Below, one piece after another: positions 60,099 to 64,000 of a stretch of DNA of 64,000 bases. The DNA comes from a candidate division WOR-3 bacterium (GTDB taxonomy: Bacteria; Hydrothermota; 32-111): NCBI GenBank assembly GCA_039804205.1, contig JBDRZY010000003.1, positions 23,857 through 87,856 of the forward strand, given 5' to 3'. A program made the position numbers and the translations under genes. The notes under the pieces were generated by a model. The model did no database searches. It was not told the DNA's origin and was given only the letters and a program-made list of their open reading frames with translations. Numbering within the stretch: the stretch's first letter is position 1; each line of letters starts with the position of its first letter.

Positions 60099-60535
60099 TA
60101 TAAACCTACCTTTTTGAATAGATCAATTTTTTCTGATAAAAGTTTTCTGTTGAACTCTTCATGTATCTCTGGATTCCAGAAATCAAGTTTATCTTTCGCT
60201 CCAACTATTTTTACTTCGTTCTTCAAGTGTGCATGATCCAATAACTGTTGTGGAATTGATATTCTCCAGACAGAATCTCTTACTACCTTTCTTGAGTTTG
60301 CGAAGATTGTATTTATGATGATGCTTTTTTCCTCTTCTGATTCGAGTTTTTCAATTTTTTCTTCAAGTTTCAAAAAGGAAATTTCAGGATAGATATGCAA
60401 AACCTTTTCTCTGCCAGGTATTATGAAGAATACTTTTGAGTTGAGATTCTCTCTGAATACTGATGGAATGATTATTCTACCATTCTCTTCGATGTTAACA
60501 ATTTTAAATCCGATGAATCTCAACTTTGTTTCCAT
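60098..60535 (-). CDS. mraZ: transcriptional regulator MraZ
   Basis: ORF track 60098..60565. The segment FIGFKIVNIEENGRIIIPSVFRE aligns with the MraZ N-terminus ([23 protein letters not shown]). Start moved to ATG 60533-60535 (METK...) for three reasons. It gives a 145-aa product. GGAG lies 4 nt upstream. The longer ORF start would sit directly on the -10 element. Confidence 0.8.
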   Translation of the reverse strand: METKLRFIGFKIVNIEENGRIIIPSVFRENLNSKVFFIIPGREKVLHIYPEISFLKLEEKIEKLESEEEKSIIINTIFANSRKVVRDSVWRISIPQQLLDHAHLKNEVKIVGAKDKLDFWNPEIHEEFNRKLLSEKIDLFKKVGL

Positions 60536-60540
60536 GGTAC

Positions 60541-60575
60541 TCCATTTTTTACCATTTTTTACCATATTTTACCTT
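60541..60575 (-). promoter_or_regulatory. candidate MraZ operator: three and a half direct repeats TGGTAAAAAA with 10-bp periodicity in the mraZ leader
   Basis: Plus strand reads tccatttttt accatttttt accatatttt acc. On the mraZ sense strand this is GGTAAAATA TGGTAAAAAA TGGTAAAAAA TGGA. The repeats lie between the putative -10 and the mraZ RBS. Known MraZ boxes are GTGG-core direct repeats spaced about one helical turn apart. Confidence 0.45.
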
Positions 60576-60593
60576 TTTACTCCATTTTGTCAA
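60566..60593 (-). promoter_or_regulatory. mraZ/dcw promoter (TTGACA-16-TAAAAT on minus strand)
   Basis: Minus-strand TTGACA is the complement of tgtcaa at 60588-60593. TAAAAT is the complement of atttta at 60566-60571. Confidence 0.4.
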
Positions 60594-60615
60594 TAGGAAA
60601 ATTAAAAATTTTTTA

Positions 60616-60643
60616 TTGACTTGGAAAAAAACTTTCTTATAAT
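60616..60643 (+). promoter_or_regulatory. promoter of the M23 peptidase gene (TTGACT-16-TATAAT), divergent from the mraZ promoter
   Basis: TTGACT at 60616-60621 and TATAAT at 60638-60643. ATG is at 60651, which implies a very short leader. Confidence 0.4.
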
Positions 60644-60650
60644 AAATTTT

Positions 60651-61574
60651 ATGAAAAAAAGAATTTCGATAATATTACACAACGAGTATATTTCTTCCGG
60701 TAAACCTGTAATTCTCAGTTTTGAAGTTCAAAAATTAAAAATATTCTTTTTAACTTTATCTTTTCTTCTCTTGTTTTCTTCGTCAGTTCTTGTGTTCTCG
60801 TTTGTTAACAATCTGAATCCCGAATCTCTAATTGAAATCTATTCGAAAAGAGATTTTTACATTTCATCGATTACAAAGAATCTGAATATTCTTGAGCAGA
60901 ATATCCAGAAGATGAATGTGTTGATAGATTATGAAAAAAAACTTAGAATTCTTGCAAGTCTTGATCCCTTATCAGACGATATAAGGCAACTCGGTCTTGG
61001 TGGTTATCAGATAGAGGATTCAAGGTTTAAAAAATTTGATCCTCTAACAAAAAGGTTGATAACAAATGTGGATCAAAAAATTATGCACCTTGATAAGGTT
61101 ATAGATTTCGAAAAAAAGAACTTTTCAAAAATAGAAAACGCACTTCAGGAAAAATATAACCTTTTAAAACATACTCCATCAATAGTTCCAACGAATGGAA
61201 CGATCATGAGTGGTTTTGGATACAGGCTGGACCCATTTACAAAAACACCTGAGTTCCATACTGGTCTTGATATAGCCAACCAGTCTGCTCCTCCAATTTA
61301 TGCTTCAGCAGATGGAGAAGTTATCTTTGCTGATTATTTGCCTGGATATGGAAAAACATTGAAAATCGATCATGGTTATGGATATATAACAGTTTATGCA
61401 CACCTCAATTCTTTTAAGGTAAAAGTTGGTGATAAAGTAAAAAGGCATCAACTTATCGGTTATATGGGTAGTACTGGAAGATCAACCGGTACACATCTCC
61501 ATTATGAGGTTAGGATAGCCAACGATAAAGTTAATCCTTTGAATTTCATCGATTTTGATTCTATTGTTGAATAG
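60651..61574 (+). CDS. M23 family metallopeptidase (LytM domain) with N-terminal coiled coil, EnvC-like
   Basis: ORF track 60621..61574, which opens at a TTG. ATG 60651 is the likely start (MKKRISIIL...). LytM motifs: HTGLDIA ... DHGYGYITVYAHL ... GSTGRSTGTHLHYEVR. Confidence 0.8.
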   Translation: MKKRISIILHNEYISSGKPVILSFEVQKLKIFFLTLSFLLLFSSSVLVFSFVNNLNPESLIEIYSKRDFYISSITKNLNILEQNIQKMNVLIDYEKKLRILASLDPLSDDIRQLGLGGYQIEDSRFKKFDPLTKRLITNVDQKIMHLDKVIDFEKKNFSKIENALQEKYNLLKHTPSIVPTNGTIMSGFGYRLDPFTKTPEFHTGLDIANQSAPPIYASADGEVIFADYLPGYGKTLKIDHGYGYITVYAHLNSFKVKVGDKVKRHQLIGYMGSTGRSTGTHLHYEVRIANDKVNPLNFIDFDSIVE

Positions 61575-62513
61575 ATGGATGTTAGAGGGAAAATCTTTTT
61601 AGCTCCCCTTGCAGGAATAACGGATACATATTTTAGAAGGATATGTAAAAGGTTTGGAGCTGATTTCACATACAGTGAACTGATTTCTGCGGATGGGTTA
61701 TATAGAAACTCAAAAAAAACTTTTCTGTTAACATATTTTACTGAAGAGGAAAGACCTTTCGGAATTCAGATTTTCGGTAAGGATCCGGAAATTCTTTCAA
61801 ATGCAACGATGAAACTGAATGAACTTTCTCCTGATTTCATAGATGTAAATCTTGGATGTTCAGTAAAAAAAGTTATCAAACAGGGATATGGTTCCGCTTT
61901 ACTGAAAGATTTCAGAAACCTGAAGGATGCAATAATCTCTGTTGTTTCTTCGACAAGATTGCCAGTATCATGTAAGATGCGTTTAGGATTCAATGCCGAT
62001 AAAGGGATAAAGATTGCTCAAATACTTCAGGATTGTGGAGTCAGTTTTATAACTGTTCATGGAAGGATAGCAACATCTTTGTTCTCCGGAAAAGCTGACT
62101 GGGATTCGATAAAACTTGTTAAGGAAAACGTTAATATTCCGGTTGTTGGAAACGGTGATATACAAACTCCAGAGGATGCTCTAAGGTTATGGGAAGAATC
62201 AAAAGTTGATTCGATCATGATTGGAAGAGCAACTCTTGGAAATCCATGGATTTTTAAACAGATAAAAGATTTTTTAAAAAATGGGAAATATGAGATACCA
62301 TCACTTGAAGAAAAGGTGAAAATTTTAAAAGAACATTATAAACTTGCAACCGATGATGGAAAGAAGAAAGAAAACATTTATATTATGAGAAAGCATTTTC
62401 ACTGGTATTTGAAAGGTGTAAAAAATATAAAGTTTTTCAAAGAAAGGATTAACAGAACAACCGACTATTCAGAGATAATGGAGATGTTGGACAACATATT
62501 AAAGAATGGATAA
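61575..62513 (+). CDS. dus: tRNA-dihydrouridine synthase
   Basis: ORF track, 312 aa. LAPLAGITD, DVNLGCSVKKV and the TIM-barrel FMN-site pattern. Confidence 0.8.
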   Translation: MDVRGKIFLAPLAGITDTYFRRICKRFGADFTYSELISADGLYRNSKKTFLLTYFTEEERPFGIQIFGKDPEILSNATMKLNELSPDFIDVNLGCSVKKVIKQGYGSALLKDFRNLKDAIISVVSSTRLPVSCKMRLGFNADKGIKIAQILQDCGVSFITVHGRIATSLFSGKADWDSIKLVKENVNIPVVGNGDIQTPEDALRLWEESKVDSIMIGRATLGNPWIFKQIKDFLKNGKYEIPSLEEKVKILKEHYKLATDDGKKKENIYIMRKHFHWYLKGVKNIKFFKERINRTTDYSEIMEMLDNILKNG

Positions 62514-63237
62514 GATTTTTTTCAATTATGATAGAATTGCGAATTTATACGACTCTTTTATGAGTATGGTTCCATATAAAATCTGGGCTGAAAACATTTA
62601 CAATGTTTGTAAAAGTTTTAAAATAAAAGGTGTTGAGTTGATCGATTTGGGTGCTGGAACAGGAAATCTTTCCAAATATCTTTCTGATTATGGATTCAAT
62701 GTAACTCTTGTTGATATTTCAATTGAAATGTTAAAAGAAGCACAGAAGAAAAATTACAGAAATTCTTCAACTTTCGTTTGTTGTGATATTGTTAACCTCA
62801 GTATCAAAAAAAGTTTTGATATCGCGATCTGTATGTATGATACGGTGAACCATATATCAGCAGAAAATATAACAGGTTGTTTTTTAAATGTGTTCAACAT
62901 CCTCAAAAATGATGCAATTTTTGTTTTCGATTTTAACACCGAATTTGGACTTGAACTTATGTCGAAAAATTCTCAGATTAGAGATGGAAATGGTTTCATT
63001 TCTTTCTGGGAGACCGAATACGATCAGAAAAGTAAAATATGCACTTTGAATTTAAAGATTGAGTATTTTAACAAAAAAACTGAATCTTTTGTATTTAGCG
63101 AAAGAGCACTATTTCCAGAAGAGTTGGAGAATGATCTGAAGGAAGTGGGTTTTCGATCGGTTGACTTTTACGATTTTTCAACGATGAAAAAATTGAGCGA
63201 TTACTCCGAAAGAGGTCTTGTTGTATGCAGAAAGTGA
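62506..63237 (+). CDS. class I SAM-dependent methyltransferase
   Basis: ORF track, 243 aa. Motif [16 protein letters not shown] and post-I acidic residue (TLVDIS). Confidence 0.7.
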   Translation: MDKIFFNYDRIANLYDSFMSMVPYKIWAENIYNVCKSFKIKGVELIDLGAGTGNLSKYLSDYGFNVTLVDISIEMLKEAQKKNYRNSSTFVCCDIVNLSIKKSFDIAICMYDTVNHISAENITGCFLNVFNILKNDAIFVFDFNTEFGLELMSKNSQIRDGNGFISFWETEYDQKSKICTLNLKIEYFNKKTESFVFSERALFPEELENDLKEVGFRSVDFYDFSTMKKLSDYSERGLVVCRK

Positions 63238-64000
63238 CTTTTCTTGATTTACACCTACATTCGAAGTATTCGCTCGCATCATCTAAAAATGGAGATATAA
63301 AAAATTTTTCAGAGTTTGCAAAAATAAAAGGAATCGATGTTATTGGAAGTTCTGATATACTTCATCCCATGATGCTGGAAGATGCAAAAAAGAATCTGAA
63401 GGAGGTTGGATACGGTGTTTATGTTTACAACGGAACAAAAGTTTTGCTTACCACGGAAATCTCTTTATTCTATAAAGAGGAAACTGGTAAAAAGATCCAT
63501 CTTGTATTAATATTTCCAGATTTTGAAAAAATCCACAGAACAAAAAAAATACTTTCTGATTGTTCAAATTTTGATAGTGATGGTAGAGGTATTGTTAAGA
63601 AAGATTTGAAGGAAACTGTTGAAATATTGAAAAATATCTCAGAAGATATTCTGATAATACCTGCACATATTTGGACACCACATTTTGGTCTGTTTGGTTT
63701 TAAATCGGGATACTCTTATTTACCTGTTAAAAAGGAATTTTTTTCCGCACTTGAAACAGGTCTATCTTCAGATCCTTTTATGTGTGTATCGGTAGATATG
63801 ATTAAAAATTTTACTTTCGTTTCATTCTCGGATTCTCACTCACCAGAAAATATTGGGAGAGAATCCACAATTCTCGAAAAATGGGAAGATGACATAAGAT
63901 TTCTAAAAGATGTTTTTGACAATAACAAAATATTTGGAACAGTGGAGTTTTATCCACAGGAGGGAAAATATTTTCTATCTGGTCACAGGAAATGTGATTT
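63225..64000 (+). CDS. PHP-domain phosphoesterase, COG1379/EndoQ-like (5' partial, runs off window)
   Basis: Not in the ORF track because no stop occurs before the window end. My manual translation from ATG 63225 is open through position 64000: [20 protein letters not shown]...[15 protein letters not shown]...[14 protein letters not shown]...LSGHRKCD. It shows PHP-type His/Asp metal motifs (DLHLHS, SDSHS) and the start of a Cys-containing C-terminal segment. It overlaps the methyltransferase stop in another frame. Confidence 0.4.
   Translation, partial: MQKVTFLDLHLHSKYSLASSKNGDIKNFSEFAKIKGIDVIGSSDILHPMMLEDAKKNLKEVGYGVYVYNGTKVLLTTEISLFYKEETGKKIHLVLIFPDFEKIHRTKKILSDCSNFDSDGRGIVKKDLKETVEILKNISEDILIIPAHIWTPHFGLFGFKSGYSYLPVKKEFFSALETGLSSDPFMCVSVDMIKNFTFVSFSDSHSPENIGRESTILEKWEDDIRFLKDVFDNNKIFGTVEFYPQEGKYFLSGHRKCD

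Noticed and set aside
60536-60565. Longer mraZ start (MVKNGKKWST...) given by the ORF track.
   Set aside because: It would place the predicted -10 box and the phased TGG repeats inside or at the start codon. The alignment to the MraZ N-terminus and a GGAG RBS favour ATG 60535.

Overview
This is a 64-kb window of AT-rich (about 30% GC) bacterial chromosome, almost fully coding, with many genes overlapping by 1-30 nt. I recognise no rRNA, tRNA, CRISPR array, IS element or prophage gene.

The genes fall into five near-contiguous same-strand blocks:
- **Block 1 (+, 112-17029):** a rubredoxin-like zinc-ribbon/cupin fusion, then a 3,133-aa surface protein that ends in a type IX secretion (T9SS) C-terminal sorting domain. 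It is built from about 33 tandem Ig-like modules of roughly 88 aa. Translationally coupled to its stop are a GNAT acetyltransferase, three secreted or outer-membrane candidates (one FecR-like), a polytopic methyl-accepting chemotaxis protein, rho and rpmE.
- **Block 2 (-, 27607-17030):** a 1,262-aa TPR protein, a TPR/coiled-coil protein and an acidic protein, followed by pyrR-pyrB-pyrC. An 852-aa protein carrying a class III nucleotidyl-cyclase homology domain starts inside the pyrC stop codon (TAATG).
- **Block 3 (+, 27739-44369):** a 16.6-kb run of overlapping genes. It contains a secreted protein, a GT4 glycosyltransferase, a second T9SS sorting-domain protein, a 1,501-aa PorU-like C25/clan-CD peptidase with its own sorting domain, a PorV/PorQ-like beta-barrel and a holA-like gene. 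A coiled-coil/zinc-ribbon protein and a Wzx/GT2/Wzy-like/GT-B-like/GT4 polysaccharide locus follow. The run is closed by a perfect GC-rich hairpin shared with the convergent ftsZ.
- **Block 4 (-, 60535-44413):** a complete division and cell-wall (dcw) cluster, mraZ to ftsZ, in canonical order. It carries an extra STAS-domain gene wedged between mraZ and rsmH. Three direct TGGTAAAAAA repeats with 10-bp phasing lie in the mraZ leader (a candidate MraZ operator), inside a bidirectional region with near-consensus TTGACA/TTGACT promoters.
- **Block 5 (+, 60651-64000):** an M23 peptidase, a tRNA-dihydrouridine synthase, a SAM methyltransferase and a partial PHP-domain (EndoQ/COG1379-like) gene that runs off the window.

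The most unusual content is a T9SS cargo and PorU/PorV module in a genome whose promoters look like classical sigma-70 sites. The accessory genes inserted into the dcw and pyr operons are also unusual.
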